Assembly (NCBI GenBank): GCA_011523305.1 | Contig: WTHB01000177.1 | Location: forward strand, 3,005-67,004 | Direction of reading: 5' to 3' | DNA length: 64,000 bases | Origin: Planctomycetaceae bacterium | GTDB taxonomy: Bacteria > Planctomycetota > Planctomycetia > Pirellulales > UBA1268 | In this document: piece by piece, positions 18,684 through 27,807 of the stretch | Numbering within the stretch: the stretch's first letter is position 1 | Layout: each line of letters starts with the position of its first letter | Notes under the pieces: generated by a model | Database searches by the model: none | The model's input: only the letters and a program-made list of their open reading frames with translations | Told to the model about the DNA's origin: nothing | Position numbers and translations under genes: made by a program

Positions 18684-21677
18684 TCAGGGATGCTGCAGCG
18701 CATTCCGCAGGATTTCGATGGGATGCTGCGGGATGCGGTCCGTGCCGTCCTTGATCTGGTGCCGGCAACTGGTACCCGGGGCAGCTAGCAGGGTCTCGGC
18801 CGCGGCCGCCCGCACCGCTGGAAACAGCACCAGTTCACCGATTTGCATTGAGACAGCAAAATGCTCCCGCTCATAGCCAAAGGAGCCGGCCATGCCACAG
18901 CAGCCGCTGGGGATGACCTCCACTGAATAGTTTGCCGGAAGTGCAAGCAACTGCTGGGTCGGCTCAAGGGAGGCCAAGGCCTTCTGGTGGCAATGGCCGT
19001 GGAGGAGGATGTGTTTGGTGTCCGTCGTGAAGGCATCTGGGGTTACGCGTCCGCGACCGATCTCTCGGGCAAGGAACTCATCGATCAGAAGCGTGTTGCC
19101 CGCAAGCGTCGTGGCCTGCTCTGCAAGTGTCTCTGGCACGAGATCGGGATACTCATCACGAAACCCAAGAATGGCCGACGGCTCGAGGCCGATCAACGGT
19201 TCGTCAGCCGTCACGCAATCAGCCAGCAACTCAACGTTCCGACTGGCAAGCCGCTGTGCCTCCCGCAGCAGCCCCGTTGAAATCTGGGCCCGGCCACTAT
19301 CGACGTGCTCTGGCACCACCACCTCGTAGCCGAGGGCTTCCAGCAACTCGACCGCAGCGATGCCGACCGGCACATCGAGCGTGTCGGTGAACTCATCGAC
19401 AAACAGATGCACTCGGCCATGCGGAGCCGGGCCGCCACCGGCTCCTGCCCTCCGCCCACGCAGCCACCGTCTGAGTGTTCTCCGGGACACCGGCGGCAGC
19501 GACCGACCGGGAGCAACCCCCAGCACTCGCTTGAACACCCCGGCAAGACCCGGCGTACCGACCGCGAGGTTGTAGGCCCAGGGCGCGACGCGGGCCGCCA
19601 GCCGCAGCATATGAGCCGAACCGGCAATCAGTCGACTCCGCAATGGCACCCCACTTCTGTCATGTACCTGCTGCTGCCACTCAGCCTTCAGTCTCGCCAT
19701 GTCGACGCTCGAGGGACATTCACTCTTGCACGCCTTGCACGACAGGCAGAGGTCGAGCGACTGGGCAATCTCCGGACGACCCCACGGATCAGCCGTCGCC
19801 GGGTCAGCCAGTGCCTGCCGCAGCACGTTCGCCCGGGCCCGAGTGGTGTCAGCCTCATTGCGGGTGGCCATGTAACTGGGGCACATCGTGCCGCCCGCCG
19901 TGGCCGGCTTACGACACTGGCCGACACCGGTGCACTTTTCTGCTGCCCGCAGCACGCCGCCAGTATCGGCAAACCGAAAAGTTGTCTGATGCTCGGGCTC
20001 AGCTTCACCCGGAAGAATCCGCAGCTGGGTGTCCAGCGGCGGGGTGTCAATGATCTTGCCAGGATTGAAAATGCCGGCTGGATCAAAGAGCTGCTTCACC
20101 TGACGGAAGAGGTCGTAGCAGGCATCACCCACCATCGTGCGAATGAACTCCCCCCGCAGCCGGCCGTCGCCGTGTTCTCCCGACAGACTGCCGCGATACC
20201 GCTTCACAAGAGCCGCGACATCTGTGGCCACGCCCCGGAACATCGCCAGCCCCTCTCGGCTGTGAAGATCAAACAGCGGCCGCAGGTGCAACTCACCAGC
20301 ACCCGCATGGGCATAGTGCACGCAGTCGATGCCGTACTTTTCCGCCAGCAGCTGATCGATGTCAGCGATATAGGCAGGCAGATCAGCAATCGCCACAGCC
20401 GTGTCCTCGATCACTTCGCGGGGCTTGGCAGGTCCCGGCAGATTGTTGACGAGCCCCTGCCCGGCCCGACGGAGGGCCCAAACCTTTTGTGACTCAGTCC
20501 CAAAGAGCGTCGGAAAGGCGTAGCCGAGGCCCGCCGCGTGGAGGTCAGCAATCAGAGCCGCCAGCCCTGCCTCGACCTTGGCTCGGTCGGGATGCTTCAG
20601 TTCAACCACCAGCACACCACCGGGGTCGCCCACCACGAACGACCGATTGCGGGCCTGCTCGCGGTTGTCCTTCGTGCAGTCGAGAATCTTGCTGTCAATC
20701 AGTTCGCAGCCAGTCAGCTGCGGTGGGTCAGCCGCGGTCACCTCCATCTGGCCGGCTGGCAGACAGTGCCGACGCTGCATCACCACCACTGCCGCCCGCA
20801 AGGCCTCATCAACCGACTGACAGTGCACACAGAGCAAACCACCTGGTGGTGGCAGTGACAGCAGGTTGAACTCGTACTCGATTCCAAAGAAGAGCGTGCC
20901 CTCGGAGCCGGCCAGCAGCCGGCAGAGATTGAAGGGGGTGCTGCTGGTCGGGTCGAAGCAGCTGGCATCGAGCAACGCATCGAGGGCATAGCCCGTGTTC
21001 CGACGGGTAACTTCCGGCCGGGGCATTGCGTCGCGAATCGTCTGACGGATGGCAGCGTCGCCAAGTAGGGCGGCGAGACGCTGATAGATCCGCGTCTCCA
21101 GCGCGTCGGGGCCGTTGCACTTGGCGACAAACTCCTCCGCAGTGACTGGGCCGAAAATCGCCTCACTGCCGTCACTCAAAAACCCGCGGACAGACACCAG
21201 GTGATCACGGGTTGAACCGTACGCAATCGAGTTTGCACCGCAGGAGTTGTTGCCGACCATGCCGCCGAGCATGGCCCAGTCAGCGGTTGAGGTCTCCGGG
21301 CCAAAGAAGAGCCCGTGCGGAACCAGGGACCGATTGAGGTCGTTCCGAATCACGCCCGGCTGCACCCGCACCCGCCGCTGCTTCACATCCAGCGACAGGA
21401 CCTGGTTGAGGTGTCGACCGGCATCAACCACGATTCCGCCACCAACCACTTGCCCGGCCAGCGAAGTACCAGCCCCGCGGGGAACGATGCCAACACCTGC
21501 TTCCGCCGCAAAACAAATAATCGTCTGTACATCGGCTGCTGACTTGGGGAAGGCGACCGCCAGCGGCGTTTCCTGATACTCCGAGGCGTCGGTGGCGTAA
21601 ATCGTCCGTACCAGGTCGTCAGTGGCCAGATCGCCTTCAAGCCGCGAGGCGAGGCCTGCCAGCAGACGTTTCTTCAT
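18684..21677 (-). CDS. FAD-linked oxidase fused to (Fe-S)/CCG-domain protein (GlcD-GlcF-type, D-2-hydroxyacid dehydrogenase-like)
   Basis: ORF trimmed to the ATG at 21675-21677 (MKKRLLAGLASRLEGD). FAD_binding_4-like N-terminus (VPRGAGTSLAGQ) and GEHGDGR motif. Two 4Fe-4S-like Cys clusters (CTGVGQCRK..., CLSCKACKSECPS) and C-terminal CCG motifs (CHQKA, CCGMAGSFG). Confidence 0.85.
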   Translation of the reverse strand: MKKRLLAGLASRLEGDLATDDLVRTIYATDASEYQETPLAVAFPKSAADVQTIICFAAEAGVGIVPRGAGTSLAGQVVGGGIVVDAGRHLNQVLSLDVKQRRVRVQPGVIRNDLNRSLVPHGLFFGPETSTADWAMLGGMVGNNSCGANSIAYGSTRDHLVSVRGFLSDGSEAIFGPVTAEEFVAKCNGPDALETRIYQRLAALLGDAAIRQTIRDAMPRPEVTRRNTGYALDALLDASCFDPTSSTPFNLCRLLAGSEGTLFFGIEYEFNLLSLPPPGGLLCVHCQSVDEALRAAVVVMQRRHCLPAGQMEVTAADPPQLTGCELIDSKILDCTKDNREQARNRSFVVGDPGGVLVVELKHPDRAKVEAGLAALIADLHAAGLGYAFPTLFGTESQKVWALRRAGQGLVNNLPGPAKPREVIEDTAVAIADLPAYIADIDQLLAEKYGIDCVHYAHAGAGELHLRPLFDLHSREGLAMFRGVATDVAALVKRYRGSLSGEHGDGRLRGEFIRTMVGDACYDLFRQVKQLFDPAGIFNPGKIIDTPPLDTQLRILPGEAEPEHQTTFRFADTGGVLRAAEKCTGVGQCRKPATAGGTMCPSYMATRNEADTTRARANVLRQALADPATADPWGRPEIAQSLDLCLSCKACKSECPSSVDMARLKAEWQQQVHDRSGVPLRSRLIAGSAHMLRLAARVAPWAYNLAVGTPGLAGVFKRVLGVAPGRSLPPVSRRTLRRWLRGRRAGAGGGPAPHGRVHLFVDEFTDTLDVPVGIAAVELLEALGYEVVVPEHVDSGRAQISTGLLREAQRLASRNVELLADCVTADEPLIGLEPSAILGFRDEYPDLVPETLAEQATTLAGNTLLIDEFLAREIGRGRVTPDAFTTDTKHILLHGHCHQKALASLEPTQQLLALPANYSVEVIPSGCCGMAGSFGYEREHFAVSMQIGELVLFPAVRAAAAETLLAAPGTSCRHQIKDGTDRIPQHPIEILRNALQHP

Positions 21678-21820
21678 GGCATCTCCAGCAGGTGGCCTGA
21701 CGAGGCTAGCATACCGCCGCACCGGCCGGCGTGTGCTCGGTTGGCTGTCCTGCCTTCTGCTACGCTGCCGTGGGAGCACGCCGTTACCAAACCAAGTCAC
21801 TTGTTTCACAGGCACGCACG

Positions 21821-23506
21821 ATGCACGAAGGATACCCGCAATGCTCCAAAGCATCATCGTGTCCTCCCCTGGCACGGATCGAATCCCGCAGAAACTGGCT
21901 GCTCACTGCTGGCATGCTTTCCGCAGGGTTCCTCCTCAATCCTCGCAAAGGACACACCGCCAACCTGCCCAGCGTGTTGCAGGCTGATCTCTGCGTCTAT
22001 GGCGGCACGGCCAGCGGCGTGATGGCCGCAATGGCAGCAGCGAGGGAAGGCTTGCGGGTGGTGCTCGTTGAGCCTTCCCGATGGCTGGGCGGCATGACCG
22101 GGGGTGGGCTCAACTCCATCGACTGGGGCCGTCAGGAAGCGGTCGCCGGAACCACCCGTGGCATTCTCAAGCGAGGTCTCAGTGATCCGGAGTATCGAAC
22201 GTACTTCGCCGATCTCCTGACCGACCATGCCGTTGCCGTGCTCGCTGAACACCGGGTCACCGCTGTCGAATGTCACCAATCACGAATCGTCCGCATCACC
22301 CTCGACAAGGCCCCACCCAATTCGCTCGGCTGCCCCAGCCCTACACCCGACGTGAAAGCAGCCTGCCGCATTGAGGCGTCTCTGTTCATTGACTGTTCCT
22401 ATGAGGGCGATCTGATGGCCCGCGCGGGCGTCAGGTACACCTACGGCCGGGAGGCTCGGGAAACATACGGGGAATCACTGGCCGGCTCCCAACCTCCACT
22501 GGCGGTCTATCGCATCGATCCTTACGTGAATCCGGGCAAACCGAACAGCGGCCTGCTACGTCAGCTTCAGGACATCAGGCCGCAGCCTGAAGGCTCTGCG
22601 GACGCACTCACCATGGGGTATGGCTTTCGCTGGAAGTACACCAAGTCAGCTGACGGTCTTCCACTCGATCCACCGGATGATTACGACCCCCAAGACTACG
22701 AACTCTATCGCCGTGGGTTCGTCGGTGGTATCGACATGTTCACCGGCCGACGGATGCGAAAACTCGGCGTCTTTGAGCCTGCCGGCGGCAATCCGTTTCA
22801 GATTCCGATGGGCAATCTCTCCCGGGCGCTCTGGGCCGCCACGTTCTTCGGCAGCAATGCGGAATACCCCGACGGGGACTACGCCACCCGAGCCCGGATC
22901 TGGAAACAGCAGCAGAACTTTGTCCGTGGCCTCACCCACTTTATGCGAACCGACCCGGCTGTCAGCCCGAAGTGGAAAGAAGCTGCCCAGGTGATCGGCC
23001 TGAAACCTGGCCTCTTTAATGACACGGCTGGCTATCCCCATCAACTCTATGTGCGTGAGGCCCGCCGGATGCAGTCTGACTATGTCGTGACCCAGTCCGA
23101 TCTTGAAGGCCGCACAGATCCAGATGATGCCGTCGGACTGGCCTCGTATGGCGTCGATGAGTGGCCCTATGCTACCTATGCCACATCGGGCGGCGTAGCA
23201 TTGGCTGGTGGCTACTATTCCATGCTCTATCTCGAGGAAAAGCATCGAGGCATTTACAAAATTCCGTACCGGGCAATCGTCCCGAAAAAGACTGAATGCA
23301 CCAACCTACTCGTCCCAGTCTGCTGCTCGGCCAGTCATATTGCGATGACCTCCATCCGCATGGAGCCGGTCTGGATGATACTGGGCGAGTCGGCGGGCAT
23401 CGCGGCCGCCGAAGTCTTTCGGCAAAATGTTCCGGTCCAGGATCTCGACTACCCCACCCTCGCCAAGCGGTTGAAACACTACGGCCAGCACATCTGGCGA
23501 AAATAG
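21821..23506 (+). CDS. Tat-exported FAD-dependent oxidoreductase (PF12831-like)
   Basis: ORF 21731..23506 trimmed to the ATG at 21821, which gives a twin-arginine leader (ESRRNWLLTAGMLSAGFLL). Dinucleotide-binding motif CVYGGTASGVMAAMAAAREGLRVVLVEPSRWLGGMTGGGL. Confidence 0.7.
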   Translation: MHEGYPQCSKASSCPPLARIESRRNWLLTAGMLSAGFLLNPRKGHTANLPSVLQADLCVYGGTASGVMAAMAAAREGLRVVLVEPSRWLGGMTGGGLNSIDWGRQEAVAGTTRGILKRGLSDPEYRTYFADLLTDHAVAVLAEHRVTAVECHQSRIVRITLDKAPPNSLGCPSPTPDVKAACRIEASLFIDCSYEGDLMARAGVRYTYGREARETYGESLAGSQPPLAVYRIDPYVNPGKPNSGLLRQLQDIRPQPEGSADALTMGYGFRWKYTKSADGLPLDPPDDYDPQDYELYRRGFVGGIDMFTGRRMRKLGVFEPAGGNPFQIPMGNLSRALWAATFFGSNAEYPDGDYATRARIWKQQQNFVRGLTHFMRTDPAVSPKWKEAAQVIGLKPGLFNDTAGYPHQLYVREARRMQSDYVVTQSDLEGRTDPDDAVGLASYGVDEWPYATYATSGGVALAGGYYSMLYLEEKHRGIYKIPYRAIVPKKTECTNLLVPVCCSASHIAMTSIRMEPVWMILGESAGIAAAEVFRQNVPVQDLDYPTLAKRLKHYGQHIWRK

Positions 23507-23733
23507 CAGCTCCCAATCACATCTCGTGCCCGTCGCTCACGCAGAGACCGCACAGTAACCCCCTGCGGGAAGCACTGCCCCACCAAAAACATGTTCGCCC
23601 AACGCAACGTTGTTGCAGCACAGCCGTTTCTTTCTTGGAGGAAGACCTCCGGGGCGGTGCCCCCTCTATTTCTTCATGCTCGAAAAACCCGCTTGTCATG
23701 CATTGACATCTCAACACAGCTTTAAAGCACTCG

Positions 23734-25806
23734 ATGAACACGCGCCAGACCTCAGCCATGCAACGCATCAGACATAACACCGGCGCCTGGCATGCTCTCA
23801 TGATCGGGATCATGCTGCTTGGTCCTGCCGTCTTCCCGACAGCCGCAACTGAGCCACTGCGGCAAGCACCCCAGCCACTCAAGCCATCCACGCATGGCGT
23901 CGGCCGGCTTGTAGACCCGATGCTCTTCACTGACATCAAGGGCCAAGCACACGCTCTCGCAGAAGCGAACTCCGAAGTCAGGCTGACTGCATTCTGCTTG
24001 ACAAGCACCAGTTGTCCGCTGAGTCGCAAGTATCTCCCCACATTAGCCCGGCTTGCATCCGAGGCTGCTGCTGGCGTGCGGTACGTGCTTATCAATCCAA
24101 TCGCCAGTGACAGCATGCAAGCGATGAAGGAGTCAGCGGCACAAGCTGACGAGGCCATTTATGTGCACGACCCTGATGGCGAACTCACCCGCAGGCTTGG
24201 CGGTCTGACAACCACGGACGTCATCGTCGTTGATGCGGCTCGTACGATTGTCTACCACGGCGCTGTCGACGATCAGTATGGCCTTGGCTATTCACGGAGT
24301 GAACCACGTCGTCACTATCTTGCAGATGCACTTGATGCACTGCTTGATGGAAAACGCCCCGTCGTTGCTGCAACCGCTGCCCCTGGCTGCGACCTTGGAT
24401 GCGAGCCCCGTCTGTCATCAGAGACAAACCTCACCTACCACGGACAAATCGCCCGCATTATTCAGCAGAACTGCCTGGAATGCCATCACAGCGGCGGCCT
24501 CGCTCCCTTCCCGCTCGAAACCTACGAAGACCTCGTCGCTCATGCTGGCATGGTCGAAACCGTCGTTAGCAACCGAACGATGCCACCGTGGTTTGCCGCT
24601 GATTCACGCAGCGAAGGGGTCGATCCAGTAGCCCACCAACTTGTCTGGGCGAATGACCGCTCCCTGGCCGATGCAGACCGCAACAATCTTCTGGCGTGGC
24701 TACAAAGCGAACACCCAGCCGGAGAGGCGGCCAACACCCCGCTCCCCGTGCAATTCCCTGAAGTGTGGCAGATCGGCACACCTGATGCCATTTGGGAGTT
24801 TGCCGAGCCGCAGCCTGTCCAGGCAACTGGCGTCATGCCTTATCAGTATGTCACCATCGAGACCAACCTCGCTGAGTCGAAGTGGGTGCAGGCAATAGAA
24901 GTCCAGCCGGGCAATCCCGAGGTCGTCCACCATGTCATCGTGACCGTACGCGAGGCCGACGAATCTGCAACACAGGCAGACGACGCCGAAGAAACAAATT
25001 TATGGGCGGCATACGTTCCCGGTCAGGCGGTCTGGCAATATCCCGACGGGTTCGCCAAGGCCTTGCCGAAAAATGCCCGCCTCATCTTTCAAATGCACTA
25101 CACCCCCAACGGCACGGCAACCACCGACCGCACTCGCATCGGTGTGATTTATGCCAAAACGCCCCCGCAGCATGAGGTGCGGGTCCGGGGCATTCTCAAT
25201 CACCGCATTCAGATTCCTCCCAATGCCTCACGACACCGCGAGGAAGCCTCACTGCGGCTGCCCGTTGACGCCACGATTCTGGGCTTTCTCCCCCATATGC
25301 ATCTCCGTGGAACAGCCTGCCAATACAGCATCCTCGACCACACCGGGAACACCAAGACGTTGCTCGACATTCCGCGTTATGACTTTAACTGGCAGTTGCT
25401 TTACCGCTACGCAGAACCCAAGCCGCTGCGGGCTGGAGACACGCTGCAATTCACAGCCTGGTACGACAACTCCGCAGACAATCCAGCGAATCCCGATCCA
25501 ACCGAGACCGTCCGCTGGGGCCAGCAGACGTTTGAAGAAATGATGCTTGGCTACGTCGAATATTTTCTCCCCGACGTGCCACCCGGCACGCAACCGGAAC
25601 GCAGTCTCAACCCCCGGCGGCGTCGCAGGCAGCCCCCTAACCGTGCTTCCTCTCTTGAGGCGGCGTTCTATCGGCTCGACCGAAATCAGGATGGGCTGCT
25701 CAGCCGCAATGAACTACCGGCCAAACTTCGCCCACAATTTGAGTCCCTTGATGCAAACACCGACGGGGGGCTCACGCTTGAAGAAGCTCGGCGATTTCGC
25801 CGCTGA
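23734..25806 (+). CDS. Multidomain secreted protein: thioredoxin-like + cytochrome-c (CxxCH) + PHM/DBH-type copper monooxygenase + C-terminal EF-hand pair
   Basis: 690 aa with signal/anchor ALMIGIMLLGPAVFPTAA. Redoxin-like segment FCLTSTSCPLSRKYLPTL...VVDAARTIVYHGAVDD. Heme site CLECHHSGGLAPFPLETYEDL. Cu-ligand pattern VVHHVIV, FQMHYTP, PHMHLRG and FEEMMLGYVEY parallels PHM (HH..H / HxH..M). EF loops DRNQDGLLSRNE and DANTDGGLTLEE. Confidence 0.7.
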   Translation: MNTRQTSAMQRIRHNTGAWHALMIGIMLLGPAVFPTAATEPLRQAPQPLKPSTHGVGRLVDPMLFTDIKGQAHALAEANSEVRLTAFCLTSTSCPLSRKYLPTLARLASEAAAGVRYVLINPIASDSMQAMKESAAQADEAIYVHDPDGELTRRLGGLTTTDVIVVDAARTIVYHGAVDDQYGLGYSRSEPRRHYLADALDALLDGKRPVVAATAAPGCDLGCEPRLSSETNLTYHGQIARIIQQNCLECHHSGGLAPFPLETYEDLVAHAGMVETVVSNRTMPPWFAADSRSEGVDPVAHQLVWANDRSLADADRNNLLAWLQSEHPAGEAANTPLPVQFPEVWQIGTPDAIWEFAEPQPVQATGVMPYQYVTIETNLAESKWVQAIEVQPGNPEVVHHVIVTVREADESATQADDAEETNLWAAYVPGQAVWQYPDGFAKALPKNARLIFQMHYTPNGTATTDRTRIGVIYAKTPPQHEVRVRGILNHRIQIPPNASRHREEASLRLPVDATILGFLPHMHLRGTACQYSILDHTGNTKTLLDIPRYDFNWQLLYRYAEPKPLRAGDTLQFTAWYDNSADNPANPDPTETVRWGQQTFEEMMLGYVEYFLPDVPPGTQPERSLNPRRRRRQPPNRASSLEAAFYRLDRNQDGLLSRNELPAKLRPQFESLDANTDGGLTLEEARRFRR

Positions 25807-25910
25807 GCAGAGACCCTGTCGGGCATGACGGTCCGGAATGGCGTTGCCGTTTCTTTGAATTACACTCAGTGCAGCCCGCGGGCGTTCTTTCCCTCTGAGG
25901 AGACCTGTTG

Positions 25911-26696
25911 ATGAGCCTTCCCCGTTTCTTTGGTGCTAGCGTTGTCCTCATTGCCCTGAGCATTTCGGGGTTCACTCACGCAGAGACAGGTTCCGACAAC
26001 GTGGGGATCCTGTCATATCGGTCCAATCAGCATTGTAGTCGTCGGGCAGTACGACGTCGCTGGAGGCAAAACCGACGCTCTGCATGCTGCACGGATCAGA
26101 ACAGCCACTCAGCACGTGAGAATTGGATCAGCATGTTCAATGGCACGGACCTCACTGGCTGGAAGGCAAACACCGAGAACCCGGACTCATTCAAGGTCGT
26201 GGATGGCGTGCTGGTGATTGATGGTCCCCGCTGCCACCTGTTCTGGGTCGGTGATCCTGACGACCCTACAGATGAACAATTCACCAATTTTCATTGGCAT
26301 GCGAAGGTCAAGACCTTGCCGCAGGCCAACAGCGGGCTCTATTTCCACACCAAGTATCAAGATGCCGGCTGGCCGGCTGCTGGCTATGAGTGCCAAGTCA
26401 ACCAGACCCACAAGGATCGCAAGAAGACCGGCGGACTGTACGCAGTCGCCGATGTCCTTGATGAGTCACCTGTTAAGGATGGCGAGTGGTATGACTACGA
26501 CATCATCGTCGACGGCCCTCGCATCGTGCTGAAGATCAATGGCGAAGTCACTACCGACTGGGAAGAACCTACTGTTTGGATTACGCCCAAGGGCATGGAG
26601 GGTCGGAAGCTCTCGTCCGGCACCTTTGCCATTCAGGCCCATGACCCCAAGAGTGTGGTCCACTATAAAGATCTGCGGGTCAAACGACTGCCGTGA
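25911..26696 (+). CDS. DUF1080 (3-keto-disaccharide hydrolase family) secreted protein
   Basis: ATG at 25911; the track start at 25908 is a TTG. GAGGAG lies upstream. Signal peptide MSLPRFFGASVVLIALSISGFTHA. Domain hallmarks WISMFNGTDLTGWK, FKVVDGVLVIDG, GLYFHTKY, YECQV, FAIQAHDPKSVVHYKDLRVKRL. Confidence 0.8.
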   Translation: MSLPRFFGASVVLIALSISGFTHAETGSDNVGILSYRSNQHCSRRAVRRRWRQNRRSACCTDQNSHSARENWISMFNGTDLTGWKANTENPDSFKVVDGVLVIDGPRCHLFWVGDPDDPTDEQFTNFHWHAKVKTLPQANSGLYFHTKYQDAGWPAAGYECQVNQTHKDRKKTGGLYAVADVLDESPVKDGEWYDYDIIVDGPRIVLKINGEVTTDWEEPTVWITPKGMEGRKLSSGTFAIQAHDPKSVVHYKDLRVKRLP

Positions 26697-26774
26697 CAGC
26701 CGCACTTTGCTGCCGTCTCCGGGAAGGCCAGGCCCCTCACGGCGAGACCACCTCGTCAACAGAACCGGGGCCAC

Positions 26775-27767
26775 CTATTCGTAGATTGGAAAAAAGGTGT
26801 TGAAAGCCTGTTCGCAGAAAACCCCCGGGTCATTGAACCGCTGATGGCGATCAAGCCCGGTGATCACGGCCATCTGCTCAGCAGAAAGTTCAAAGTCGAA
26901 AATCGCAAGATTCTCAGCCAGCCGCTCGGGCCGGCTCGTTTTTGGAATCACCGTCGTGCCCCGCTGGATACCCCAGCGGAGCAGCACCTGGGCTGGGGTG
27001 CGGCTCACCGCCGCGGCAATCTCAATGATCGCGGCGTGCTTCAGCAAACTCTCCGACGCCGTTGCCATGCCCAGCGGCACATAGGACGGTGCCCCAAGTG
27101 GGGAAAAGGCCGTGACGGCCACCCCGGTCTCTCGGCAGTACCGCAGCAGTTTTTCCTGGGCCAGCCGCGGGTGCATCTCAACCTGGAGCACCGCCGGCTG
27201 AATCCGGGCCGTTGCCTGCAGATCGCGAAGCAGTGAGACGCCGTAGTTACAGACACCGATCTGCCTTACGAGACCGGCATCGACCAACGCTTCCATCGCC
27301 CCCCAAGTGTCGGCCAGCGGCACCCGGGCAGGCTGCATGCACGGAACCTCAGCCGCTGGATCAAAAAACCAGCCGGGTGGGTACCGGGTTTCAGGGGCCA
27401 CGTAGGCGAGCGCAATCGGAAAGTGGATGAGGTAACAGTCGAGATAGTCAAGCCGCAGGTCACGGAGGGTTCGTTCCAGGGCCGGCCGGACATGCTTCGG
27501 CTCATGAAACGTGTTCCAGAGTTTCGACGTGACCCAGAGATCGTCTCGACGGCAAAAGCCAGCCGCGAGCGCCCGTTCGATCCCAACCCCGGCTTCAGCC
27601 TCGTTACCGTAGTCGCAGGCGCTGTCGAGATGGCGATAGCCACGTTTGATCGCCTGCTCAATCAAACCACCAACAGCATCGCCTGTGACCTTCCAAAGAC
27701 CAAGGCCGACCGCAGGAATTGGTTGCGTGGCAGTCCCATCAGAAGTTGTTATGGGAATGGACTTCAT
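26775..27767 (-). CDS. Aldo/keto reductase
   Basis: 330 aa. AKR motifs GYRHLDSACDYGNE, LWVTSKLWN, LDYLDCYLIHFP, IGVCNY, IPKTSRPERLAENL. Confidence 0.9.
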   Translation of the reverse strand: MKSIPITTSDGTATQPIPAVGLGLWKVTGDAVGGLIEQAIKRGYRHLDSACDYGNEAEAGVGIERALAAGFCRRDDLWVTSKLWNTFHEPKHVRPALERTLRDLRLDYLDCYLIHFPIALAYVAPETRYPPGWFFDPAAEVPCMQPARVPLADTWGAMEALVDAGLVRQIGVCNYGVSLLRDLQATARIQPAVLQVEMHPRLAQEKLLRYCRETGVAVTAFSPLGAPSYVPLGMATASESLLKHAAIIEIAAAVSRTPAQVLLRWGIQRGTTVIPKTSRPERLAENLAIFDFELSAEQMAVITGLDRHQRFNDPGVFCEQAFNTFFPIYE

Positions 27768-27807
27768 TTGCTCAGATGTTACCTCAAGACTTCCGCTGTT
27801 TCATCAC

